DNA from: Patescibacteria group bacterium
GTDB taxonomy: Bacteria; Patescibacteriota; Patescibacteriia; Patescibacteriales; UBA12465
Assembly (NCBI GenBank): GCA_041671365.1
Contig: JBAZBP010000001.1
Coordinates: 116,459-180,458 of the forward strand
DNA length: 64,000 nucleotides
Reading direction: 5' to 3'
Below, in pieces: positions 8,133-16,572 of the stretch (the stretch's first letter is position 1; every line of letters begins with the position of its first letter). The notes below the pieces were generated by a model. That model saw only the letters and a program-made list of their open reading frames with translations, had not been told where the DNA came from and did not search any database. A program made the position numbers and the translations under genes.

Positions 8133-9724
8133 ATCAAACTGTTAATTATTTAAAGATTGGTAAGGCCGCCGATTTAAGCGGTCGTGATTACACAATTTAC
8201 CGGATATTAGAAATATTACCGGGATTTTTATCGATTTTTTCTCTTTTAATTTTAGTAGTTTTATCTTATTTACAACCGGTTTGGGTGGCTTACTTTATTA
8301 TTGCCTTCGATGTTTATTGGTTATTATTGGTCATTTATATGGCCATTTTTTTAATTTCTTCTTACTACCAACTCCAAACCGGATTAAAAACTGATTGGCG
8401 CATGGAATGCGAAAAATTAAAAAATATCCAATCTAACCCGCAATCAGCAGCGGCCACTTCTTTGGCTAGCCAGGGCGTTCAGTGGGAGGATTTATGGCAA
8501 TTAATTGTTTTGCCGAATTATAATGAAAGTTTAGAAATAATTCGGACTTCACTAATTTCTTTAGTAGAGGATGGTTATCCTGCCGATCGTTTAATTATTG
8601 CTTTGGCCATGGAAGAGCGGGCGGGCGTCGACGCTAAAAATCGCGCGACCTTGATTCAAGAAGAATTTGGTCATAAATTTGGACATTTTATCATTACTTG
8701 GCATCCGGACGGATTACCCGATGAATTAAAAGGTAAGGGTGCGAATCAAGCTTGGTCGGCGCAAATAGTAAAACGAGAAATAATTGATCGAGAAAATTTA
8801 AATTATGATCGGATTTTAGTTAGTGTTTTCGATATTGATACCATTGTTCAGCCGGGATATTTTTTTGCTCTGACTTATAAGTTCTTAACAGTGAACGATC
8901 CTTATCATACCAGCTATCAACCTTTGCCCGTTTATCATAATAATATTTGGAACGCTCCATTTTTTTCTCGAGTGGCCGCTTCGTCGAATACTTTTTGGCA
9001 GATGATTATGCAAATTAGACAAGAAAGCCTAGTTACTTATTCTTCCCATTCCATGACCTGGCGCGCCTTGGTAGAAATTGGTTTTTGGTCAACCACTAAT
9101 GTTTCCGAGGATTCTCGTATTTTTTGGCACTGTCTTATGTATTATAATGGACATTATCGAGTCGAGCCGATTCATTATAAAGTATCAATGGATGTTACCC
9201 ATGATGAAAATTATTTAAAAACGGCAAAAAGTCTATATAAGCAACAACGGCGCTGGGCCTGGGGAGTAGAAAATATTCCCTATTTATTATTCAACTCCGG
9301 TCAGCGCTGGAAAAATAAAGACTTTGATCGCAGTAAAGTCATCGGACATATTTTTATTCAACTTTACGGTTTCTATGCTTGGGCGACTAACGCTTTGATT
9401 ATTGCGATCATCGGTTGGTTACCAATGCTTCTCGGCGGAGATCGTTTTAATTCCACGGTTTTATCGGGAAATTTACCATCAGTGACGCAAAATTTGATGA
9501 GCGTGGCCATGATTGGCTTAGTTTTATCCGGTGTTATTTCCGCTCTTTTATTACCGCAGAGACCGAGAAAATATACAGTCTGGAAAAATATTGTGATGGC
9601 CTTAGAATGGGTAGTTGTGCCGATTACTATCATTATTTTTGGCGCTATTCCTTGCCTAGAGGCGCAAATTCGTTTAATGGCAGGCAAATACATGGGTTTT
9701 TGGGTAACGCCTAAATCTCGATAA
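8129..9724 (+). CDS. Processive family-2 glycosyltransferase, integral membrane (cellulose/chitin/PNAG-synthase-like)
   Basis: PNYNESLEII, FDIDT (DxD) and QQRRWAWG (QxxRW) motifs. N- and C-terminal TM clusters. ATGA overlap with the upstream exonuclease. Confidence 0.7.
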   Translation: MNQTVNYLKIGKAADLSGRDYTIYRILEILPGFLSIFSLLILVVLSYLQPVWVAYFIIAFDVYWLLLVIYMAIFLISSYYQLQTGLKTDWRMECEKLKNIQSNPQSAAATSLASQGVQWEDLWQLIVLPNYNESLEIIRTSLISLVEDGYPADRLIIALAMEERAGVDAKNRATLIQEEFGHKFGHFIITWHPDGLPDELKGKGANQAWSAQIVKREIIDRENLNYDRILVSVFDIDTIVQPGYFFALTYKFLTVNDPYHTSYQPLPVYHNNIWNAPFFSRVAASSNTFWQMIMQIRQESLVTYSSHSMTWRALVEIGFWSTTNVSEDSRIFWHCLMYYNGHYRVEPIHYKVSMDVTHDENYLKTAKSLYKQQRRWAWGVENIPYLLFNSGQRWKNKDFDRSKVIGHIFIQLYGFYAWATNALIIAIIGWLPMLLGGDRFNSTVLSGNLPSVTQNLMSVAMIGLVLSGVISALLLPQRPRKYTVWKNIVMALEWVVVPITIIIFGAIPCLEAQIRLMAGKYMGFWVTPKSR

Positions 9725-9794
9725 AAATTTGGCCAATAAATCGAAATTTTAGAATAATTTCGCAGCTATTTTTTTTATGCTATAATAATTAACG

Positions 9795-10226
9795 ATGATA
9801 AAAAATAAAATTCGCCCTCGAAATTTTAATGGAGGGCCAGATTCTATTTCCCATAGTTTTTTTTATCGTCTGGTTTCTAACCAGCGTTTTTTAGCGATTA
9901 TCGGCTTGGTTTTTTTGGTGGTTATTATTTTTCCGTTGGCTCAAACTTATAGTCAACGCCGCTTGGCCGAAAAAGAGGTTCAGGATGTTAAAAATAAAAT
10001 AAGTAATTACGAGATTCAAAATAAGCAATTGGAAGATTTAATAACTTATTTAAAATCCGATCAGTCATTGGAAGCGCAAGCCCGACTTAACCTTAATATG
10101 AAGAAACCCGGCGAAGCGGTAATTGTTGTGGAAGATAAAAAGGTTAGTACCATGAATATTGCCGCCAGCTCCACCGATGAGTCCAGAAGTAATTTAGTTA
10201 AATGGTGGCGTTATTTTTTTAATTAG
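9795..10226 (+). CDS. Septum formation initiator (FtsB/DivIC-like) bitopic protein
   Basis: Single TM (FLAIIGLVFLVVIIF), then a coiled coil (…QDVKNKISNYEIQNKQLEDLITYLKSD…) and …ARLNLNMKKPGEAVIVV. Confidence 0.5.
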   Translation: MIKNKIRPRNFNGGPDSISHSFFYRLVSNQRFLAIIGLVFLVVIIFPLAQTYSQRRLAEKEVQDVKNKISNYEIQNKQLEDLITYLKSDQSLEAQARLNLNMKKPGEAVIVVEDKKVSTMNIAASSTDESRSNLVKWWRYFFN

Positions 10227-10239
10227 AGGATTCTTTTTG

Positions 10240-10312
10240 AGCCGAGAAGGGGATTCGGACCCCTGACCTACGCGTTACGAGTGCGTTGCTCTACCAGCTG
10301 AGCTATCTCGGC
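10240..10312 (-). tRNA. tRNA-Thr (anticodon CGT)
   Basis: Reverse complement GCCGAGATAGCTCAGCTGGTAGAGCAACGCACTCGTAACGCGTAGGTCAGGGGTCCGAATCCCCTTCTCGGCT folds as a cloverleaf with a 7-bp acceptor stem and GGTCCGAATCC T-arm. Anticodon loop CTCGTAA. No encoded CCA. Confidence 0.75.
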
Positions 10313-10331
10313 AGTTGAGTAATGAACTGTC

Positions 10332-10406
10332 TGGAGCGGGTAAGCGGAATCGGACCGCCTTCTTCAGCTTGGGAAGCTGACGTAATAACCATTATACGAT
10401 ACCCGC
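10332..10406 (-). tRNA. tRNA-Gly (anticodon CCC)
   Basis: Reverse complement GCGGGTATCGTATAATGGTTATTACGTCAGCTTCCCAAGCTGAAGAAGGCGGTCCGATTCCGCTTACCCGCTCCA. Perfect acceptor and anticodon stems, loop TTCCCAA, U73 discriminator, encoded CCA. Confidence 0.8.
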
Positions 10407-10464
10407 GAGACGAATGGTTGATATATTATAGAATTATTAAATTAGTTTAGTCAATTAATTATTT

Positions 10465-11961
10465 ATGTTTTCAAAATCTAATAAATATTTTTGGTTATTT
10501 GGTTTGGTTCTGTTTTTAATGCCACTAAGCGGGCGAACAGCCCTGGCGGCGAGTTTAAATATAACTTACGTGCCAGAGGCTTTCACGGCACCGGCTATTT
10601 TAAATATCGCTACTAGTTCAGAAAAAACAAGTTTGCCTTGGCAGTGGAAAGCCTTAACACCGGCTTATGATTATTCATTAACCACAGATGGTTTTTATGA
10701 TCCTAGCCGACCGATGAGGATTACAATCAATTATACCGGAACTAATAATTATTTAAAACAAATTTTTATTTTTGATTCCTCGGCTAATCTTTGGCGACCG
10801 CTCCCCACTACCGATTTTCCTAGTAAGAATCAGGCGACAGCTATGACGACTTCAGTGAGCGGTCGGCTGCTGATAGCTGCCAATTCAGATATGATGACCA
10901 TCGGTACCGCTAGTTGGTATAAATATAAAAATGGCTTGTTTGCCGCTTCCCCCGATTTTGCCAAGGGCTCTGTCTTAAAAGTTATTAATTTGGATAATAA
11001 TAAATCGGTTAATGTGATCGTTAATGATTATGGCCCGGAGAGAGCAATCTTTCCTAATCGTGTTGTTGATTTAGATTATGTAGCCTTTAAACAAATTGCT
11101 TCAACCGGCGCCGGATTAATTAAAGTTAGAATTGAACCTCTAAAAATTGTTGGATCTACTTTGAATAAACCTTTGGCACCGACATTAAGTACTCCAGCCT
11201 TGACCGCTTCATCGGCTGTAATTATGTTGGAGAAAACCGGAGAGATTCTTTGGGGAAAAAACCAAAATAAGATTTCCCCCTTGGCCAGTCTTAGCAAATT
11301 AGTGGCGATGCGAGTTTTTTTGGATACGCGTCCCAGTTTAAATAAAGTAGTTGCCTATAAAGTCCAGGACGAGAATTATAACTCTAAATATTGTTCACCT
11401 TCGGAATCGGCGCGCATTCGCCTGCGAGACGGCGAAACCGTTACGATTCAAGATTTAATTTATAGTTCTTTGGTTGGTTCAGCTAACAACGCCGTAGAAA
11501 GCTTAGTGCGGGTTAGTGGCTTAAGTCGTCCGAATTTTATTAAAAAAATGAATGAATTAGTTAAAACTTGGGGGGCAACTAATACTGTTTTTGTAGAACC
11601 GACGGGACTATCTCCCAACAACGTGAGTTCCCCGCAAGACTATGCTATAATAACTAAAGAAGTTTTTACTAATCCGTTATTGCAGAAGATCAGTACAACT
11701 TTAAATTATACTTTTAAGACAATCAACACCAAGATCAGACATAGTATTAAAAATACCGATAAATTATTGCAGACTAACACCTATAAAATTATTGGTTCAA
11801 AGACTGGTTATTTAGATGAAGCCAAATACTGTTTAATGACGCGTGTCCAAACGCCGCAGGGAAATTTGATTTCTGTTAATTTTGGTTCAACCAGTCAGGC
11901 GAATAATTTTTTGGATAATGAGCAATTAATTCGTTACGGATTATCTCTTTTTAAAAAATAA
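10465..11961 (+). CDS. Secreted fusion protein: RlpA-like DPBB domain plus D-alanyl-D-alanine carboxypeptidase (PBP5/S11-like)
   Basis: Signal peptide. RlpA-like TASWYKYKNGLFAASPDFAKGSVLKVINLDNNKSVNVIVNDYGP. SxxK (LASLSKL), SxN (GSANN) and KTG (SKTGYL) motifs. Confidence 0.7.
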   Translation: MFSKSNKYFWLFGLVLFLMPLSGRTALAASLNITYVPEAFTAPAILNIATSSEKTSLPWQWKALTPAYDYSLTTDGFYDPSRPMRITINYTGTNNYLKQIFIFDSSANLWRPLPTTDFPSKNQATAMTTSVSGRLLIAANSDMMTIGTASWYKYKNGLFAASPDFAKGSVLKVINLDNNKSVNVIVNDYGPERAIFPNRVVDLDYVAFKQIASTGAGLIKVRIEPLKIVGSTLNKPLAPTLSTPALTASSAVIMLEKTGEILWGKNQNKISPLASLSKLVAMRVFLDTRPSLNKVVAYKVQDENYNSKYCSPSESARIRLRDGETVTIQDLIYSSLVGSANNAVESLVRVSGLSRPNFIKKMNELVKTWGATNTVFVEPTGLSPNNVSSPQDYAIITKEVFTNPLLQKISTTLNYTFKTINTKIRHSIKNTDKLLQTNTYKIIGSKTGYLDEAKYCLMTRVQTPQGNLISVNFGSTSQANNFLDNEQLIRYGLSLFKK

Positions 11962-11970
11962 ATTACGTTT

Positions 11971-12651
11971 ATGATTAATTTGGAAAACATTTCCAAAACT
12001 TATCGGAATAAAGTAAAAGTCGTGAAAAATGTCAGTATTAGAGTGCAGCCCGGAGAATTTGTATCGATTGTTGGACAATCTGGTGCCGGTAAAACAACTT
12101 TAGTTCGTTTATTAATAGGAGAAGAACGAGCGGACGAAGGACGAGTGATGATTGGCGACTGGGATATAACCAGAATAAGTCGACGAGAAGTACCATATTT
12201 ACGGCGCCAAATCGGGGTTATTTTTCAAGACTTTAAGCTATTGCCTAAAAAGACTCTAGAGGAGAATGTTTCTTTTGCTCTGCAGGTTTCCGGCGGCCGG
12301 CCAGCTAAAATTAAAAAAATAGTTCCCAGTGTTTTGAAAATTGTTGGTTTAGATGCCGAAAGAAAACGATATCCTCATGAAGTTTCCGGCGGCGAACAGC
12401 AACGGGCGGCCATCGCTCGCGCTTTAGTGCATCAACCTAAAATATTGTTGGCCGACGAGCCGACCGGTAACTTGGACGCAATTAACGCGAATGACATTAT
12501 TAATTTATTATTACGAATTAATAAATTTGGGACGACGGTTGTTTTAGTGACGCACAACAAAGAAATCGTTAATCGTTTAAATAAGCGCGTCATTACCATG
12601 GATCACGGTCAGATTATTAATGATCAGGAACACGGAAAGTATTTACTTTAA
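11971..12651 (+). CDS. ftsE: Cell division ABC ATPase FtsE
   Basis: Walker A GQSGAGKTT, signature SGGEQQR, Walker B ILLADEPT. Followed by ftsX. Confidence 0.9.
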   Translation: MINLENISKTYRNKVKVVKNVSIRVQPGEFVSIVGQSGAGKTTLVRLLIGEERADEGRVMIGDWDITRISRREVPYLRRQIGVIFQDFKLLPKKTLEENVSFALQVSGGRPAKIKKIVPSVLKIVGLDAERKRYPHEVSGGEQQRAAIARALVHQPKILLADEPTGNLDAINANDIINLLLRINKFGTTVVLVTHNKEIVNRLNKRVITMDHGQIINDQEHGKYLL

Positions 12652-12672
12652 AGAATATTTATTTATTTTATT

Positions 12673-13581
12673 ATGTTATTTCTTTATCGCATTATAAAAT
12701 TTAGCTTTCAAGATATCGTTCGTAATGTTTGGTTGACTATTGCGACGGTCATGATTTTGCTTTTAGCTTTATTTTCTATTAATACTCTAATTACTGTTCG
12801 CTTAATCAGCGATAATGCTGTTACGGCGATTAAAGAAAAAATTGATATTAGTTTATATTTAAAAGCCGACGCGACGGAAAACCAGATTATGGATTTAAAA
12901 ACCCAAATTGCCGATCAGCCTAATATTAATAAGGTTATATATATTTCTAAGCAAAGTGCAATTGACGCTTTTCGTGTTAAGTATGAAAATAACCCCGAGG
13001 TTTTAGCCGCCTTGCAAGAATTGGGGCGCAATCCCTTGTCGCCAAGCTTAACAATTATTCCGCAAAATTTTGATGAATCTAATCTAGTAATTAATAGACT
13101 CAAAACTATTGATAATCCGATTATTGAATCGCGTGATTTTTCGGACAACACTGCCATTCTCGCCAAAATTAATAATATTACTTCTCGTATTAATGAAGTG
13201 GGATTATTCATTATTTCTATTTTTATTTTGATCAGCCTGTTGGTAGTTTATAACGCTATTCGAGTCGCTATTTATACTCATCGCCAGGAAATTGAAATTA
13301 TGCGTTTAGTGGGAGCTTCCGGATCTTTTATTTATATGCCCTATCTATGTTCTGCCGTAGTTTATGCTCTCTTAAGCGTTTTGATTATTATTTCGGTTTT
13401 TTATCCCTTTTTAACTTTACTCCAACCGTATTTAGAAGCTTTTTTTATGGGTTATAATATTAATATTCTTTCTTATTTCGTGGATAATTTTATTTTAATT
13501 TTTGGTGTTCAATTCTTGGTGGTGGTGATTATTAATGCTTTGGCCAGTTTATTGGCGGTACGTAAATATGCGCGGATTTAA
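12673..13581 (+). CDS. ftsX: Cell division permease-like protein FtsX
   Basis: TM1, then an extracytoplasmic domain, then 3 C-terminal TMs. Adjacent to ftsE. Confidence 0.8.
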   Translation: MLFLYRIIKFSFQDIVRNVWLTIATVMILLLALFSINTLITVRLISDNAVTAIKEKIDISLYLKADATENQIMDLKTQIADQPNINKVIYISKQSAIDAFRVKYENNPEVLAALQELGRNPLSPSLTIIPQNFDESNLVINRLKTIDNPIIESRDFSDNTAILAKINNITSRINEVGLFIISIFILISLLVVYNAIRVAIYTHRQEIEIMRLVGASGSFIYMPYLCSAVVYALLSVLIIISVFYPFLTLLQPYLEAFFMGYNINILSYFVDNFILIFGVQFLVVVIINALASLLAVRKYARI

Positions 13582-13654
13582 TTTGACATATTAGGCATTT
13601 TTTAATAATATCCTCTGGTGAGGATATTTTTGTCTAGAAGAATAAATTTTATAT

Positions 13655-13725
13655 TGCGAGATCGTCTAATGGTAGGACAGCGGCCTTTGAAGCCGTTTAT
13701 CCTGGTTCGAATCCAGGCCTCGCAG
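13655..13725 (+). tRNA. tRNA-Gln (anticodon TTG)
   Basis: TGCGAGATCGTCTAATGGTAGGACAGCGGCCTTTGAAGCCGTTTATCCTGGTTCGAATCCAGGCCTCGCAG. U1-A72 and G73 are typical of tRNA-Gln. Anticodon loop CTTTGAA. No CCA. Confidence 0.75.
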
Positions 13726-13798
13726 CTAAAAGAAAAAGAAGCTAATTTTGTTAGTTTCTTATACTAATAATTAATTTTTTTTATTAAATTTACCAAAT

Positions 13799-14371
13799 AT
13801 GACTAAATTTAAAAATGAATTAATCGGAAAGAGAATTGTTTTAAAAAGACTCAAGCCAACTATTTTAATGGCTAGCACGATATTTAAGGTAGTTAATGAT
13901 AATAGATCACATTTATTACCCTGGTTTCCTTGGGCAAAGCTAGAGGCAAAAGTTGAAGACTCTTTTAAATATCTGCTGGAAACGAATGCAAAATTTAAGG
14001 CCGGAGAAAAGGTGGATTATGGAGTTTATATGAATAACGAATATATTGGTAATATAGGTATATTTGATATTAGTAAAAAGAAAAAATCCGCAGAAATAGG
14101 TTTCTGGCTATCTAAAAAATTTACCAGGAATGGATATATGACCGAGGCGGTGAGAATATTAGAAAAAGAATTTTTTTCAAATATCAATTTGAACAGAATT
14201 CAAATTAAATGCGATGAGAGAAATATTCCCTCCGCTGGCGTTGCTAAAAAATGCGGATATGTTTTTGAAGGAAAATATCGAGAAGATTTATATAGCGATT
14301 ACTTTAAAGATTTCAGGAACACTTTAATTTTCTCTAAATTAAAATCTGAATACAGGAAAAAGAGGAAGTAG
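13799..14371 (+). CDS. GNAT N-acetyltransferase (RimJ/RimL-like)
   Basis: GNAT core …IGNIGIFDISKKKKSAEIGFWLSKKFTRNGYMTEAVRIL…KCGYVFEG…. Confidence 0.7.
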   Translation: MTKFKNELIGKRIVLKRLKPTILMASTIFKVVNDNRSHLLPWFPWAKLEAKVEDSFKYLLETNAKFKAGEKVDYGVYMNNEYIGNIGIFDISKKKKSAEIGFWLSKKFTRNGYMTEAVRILEKEFFSNINLNRIQIKCDERNIPSAGVAKKCGYVFEGKYREDLYSDYFKDFRNTLIFSKLKSEYRKKRK

Positions 14372-14443
14372 TTATATTAGATTATCATTCCAATCTCCCC
14401 TTATTTCTAACTAGTTTTTCAAAATCGCCATTTAGGCGGTTTT

Positions 14444-14481
14444 TTGTTATAATTTAAATAAGCTTGTAATTTAAAGCTTAT
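14444..14481 (+). promoter_or_regulatory. Candidate -10 element plus palindromic operator upstream of mntH
   Basis: TTATAAT (14447-14453), followed by the perfect inverted repeat ATAAGCTT-gtaattta-AAGCTTAT (14458-14481). Confidence 0.35.
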
Positions 14482-14510
14482 TTTATTAATTTTGTGGTAA
14501 AGTGTGAATA

Positions 14511-15815
14511 TTGGTTATCCTTAAGATTAGAAGTATGAAAAAAATTAAAAATAAGATAAAAAAAATTTTTAAAATTATCGGACCGGGCGTTATTACGGGA
14601 GCGGCCGATAATGATCCGTCCGGAATCGCCACTTATTCTCAGACTGGCGCGCAATTCGGTTATGGCCAATTGTGGACGGTTATTTTTACTTTACCGTTTC
14701 TAACGGCCATTCAAGAGGCTTGCGCCCGTATCGGAGCGGTAACCGAGCAGGGTTTAGCGGCGGTTATTAAAAAACATTATACTAAAAAAGTTTTATTTGT
14801 CGCTATTTCCTTAATGTTTATAGCCAATACGATAAATATCGGGGCGGATATTGGCGCGATGGCGGCCGCCTTGCAGTTAGTCGTTCCTATTAATTTTACT
14901 TTGGCGATTTTAAGTTTCACCGTTTTAATCTTGATACTGGAGATTTTTACTAACTATCGTACTTATTCGAAGATTTTAAAGTGGTTAGCCTTGACTCTAT
15001 TGGCTTATCCGATTACGGTTTTTTTGATTCATCATCCTTGGTCGCAAATTTTAAGTGCCACCCTGGTACCGCACCTAGAATTTAGTTTCGCCTTTTTCTT
15101 TATCATTACGGGCGTTCTGGGCACAACCATCTCTCCTTATATGTTTTTTTGGGAAGCCTCGGAAGAAGTAGAAGAAGAAAAAATGGAACATATTTTTAGG
15201 AAAATCGGTCTGCCCCGCGGTATAAAAAAATTTATGAAAAATTTGCGCTGGGATAATTTTATCGGAATGTTGTTTTCGGAGATTACTACTTGGTGTATTA
15301 TTGTCGTGGCGGCAACCGTCTTAAATAGTAACGGTGTAACAAATATCGCAACGGCGGCGGATGCGGCTCGCGCCCTGGAGCCGTTGGTGCAGACTTTTCC
15401 GAACGCCGGTTTCATCGCTAAACTTATTTTTTCCGTAGGGATTATCGGCTTGGGTTTATTGGCTATACCGGTTTTATCCGGTTCGGCTTCTTATGCTTTA
15501 TCCGAAGCGGTTAGCTGGCGCGCCGGTTTAAATTTAAAATTTAAAAAAGCTCATGGATTTTACGGAGTGATTACTATTGCCACTTTAATCGGCTTGGGGA
15601 TTAATTTTATCGGCATTGATCCAATGAAGGCATTAGTCTTTACGGCCGTATTTAACGGCGTGGTTTCCGTTCCTCTTATTTTTTTGATTGCTCATATCGC
15701 CCGTAATAAAGAGATTATGGGAGAATATCGCAGCGGTTGGCTGTCTAATGCTTTAGTGTGGGGGACCTTTTTAATTATGGCTGCCTCGGCCGTCGCTATG
15801 TTTATTACTCTCTAA
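14511..15815 (+). CDS. mntH: NRAMP-family Mn2+/Fe2+ transporter
   Basis: GPGVITGAADNDPSGIATYSQTGAQFGY Nramp signature. About 11 TMs. Confidence 0.85.
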   Translation: MVILKIRSMKKIKNKIKKIFKIIGPGVITGAADNDPSGIATYSQTGAQFGYGQLWTVIFTLPFLTAIQEACARIGAVTEQGLAAVIKKHYTKKVLFVAISLMFIANTINIGADIGAMAAALQLVVPINFTLAILSFTVLILILEIFTNYRTYSKILKWLALTLLAYPITVFLIHHPWSQILSATLVPHLEFSFAFFFIITGVLGTTISPYMFFWEASEEVEEEKMEHIFRKIGLPRGIKKFMKNLRWDNFIGMLFSEITTWCIIVVAATVLNSNGVTNIATAADAARALEPLVQTFPNAGFIAKLIFSVGIIGLGLLAIPVLSGSASYALSEAVSWRAGLNLKFKKAHGFYGVITIATLIGLGINFIGIDPMKALVFTAVFNGVVSVPLIFLIAHIARNKEIMGEYRSGWLSNALVWGTFLIMAASAVAMFITL

Positions 15816-15816
15816 T

Positions 15817-16497
15817 ATGAAAGTTAAAGCCAGTTTACATATTCATACCGCCGAAGACGTTTTAGAAGGGCGCCATATTTTTTATAATATTTATCAGTTA
15901 ATTGATGCAGCCAAGAAATTAGATTTTAAAATTTTAGCCTTGACTGGGCATGAACATTTTATTTACCGCTCGGAATATGGAGCGTATGCTAAAAAAAATG
16001 GCATTCTCCTTATTCCGGGGATAGAATTAACAGTTATCTCCAAGAGCCATAAAAAAAATCATGTCGTAGTTCTAAATTGCGGTCCAGATATTGAAAGCAT
16101 TAAAACATTCCCTGATTTAGAAAATTATAAAAGAAATCATTTAGATATTTTTATTATTGCCCCTCACCCTAATTTTCATTTAGGTGTTTCTCTGGGATTA
16201 AAGAATTTGGAAAAATATATAGAACTATTTGATGCCATTGAGCATAGCTGGTTTTACACTAAATGGTTTAATCTTAATATTGCGGTCGCTAAAATTGCCC
16301 AGAAATATCATCGTCCGCTAGTGGCTACCAGTGATTTGCATCAGTTGGCCTATCTAGACAGGGATTACGCGCTGATTGAGTCAGCCGACTTAGACATTAA
16401 AAATGTTTTGTCGGCCCTCAGTCAGAATAATTTTGTTAACGTCACTAAGGCTAAAACCTGGAGAGAGTTATTGCCTGATTCTTTGAATTTATTATAG
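15817..16497 (+). CDS. PHP-domain metal-dependent phosphoesterase
   Basis: LHIHT…LTGHEH… His-rich PHP motifs. Confidence 0.55.
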   Translation: MKVKASLHIHTAEDVLEGRHIFYNIYQLIDAAKKLDFKILALTGHEHFIYRSEYGAYAKKNGILLIPGIELTVISKSHKKNHVVVLNCGPDIESIKTFPDLENYKRNHLDIFIIAPHPNFHLGVSLGLKNLEKYIELFDAIEHSWFYTKWFNLNIAVAKIAQKYHRPLVATSDLHQLAYLDRDYALIESADLDIKNVLSALSQNNFVNVTKAKTWRELLPDSLNLL

Positions 16498-16572
16498 AAA
16501 TTTTAAGGTCTGATAATTGTCCGATTCTGTTTAATACAGTCGCAGAACAAAACATGATATAATGATATTATT

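Noticed and set aside
14372-14510. Possible yybP-ykoY Mn2+ riboswitch in the mntH leader.
   Set aside because: The region is AT-rich and I could not recognise the conserved riboswitch core elements. Only a promoter-proximal palindrome is evident, and that is reported separately as a possible protein operator.
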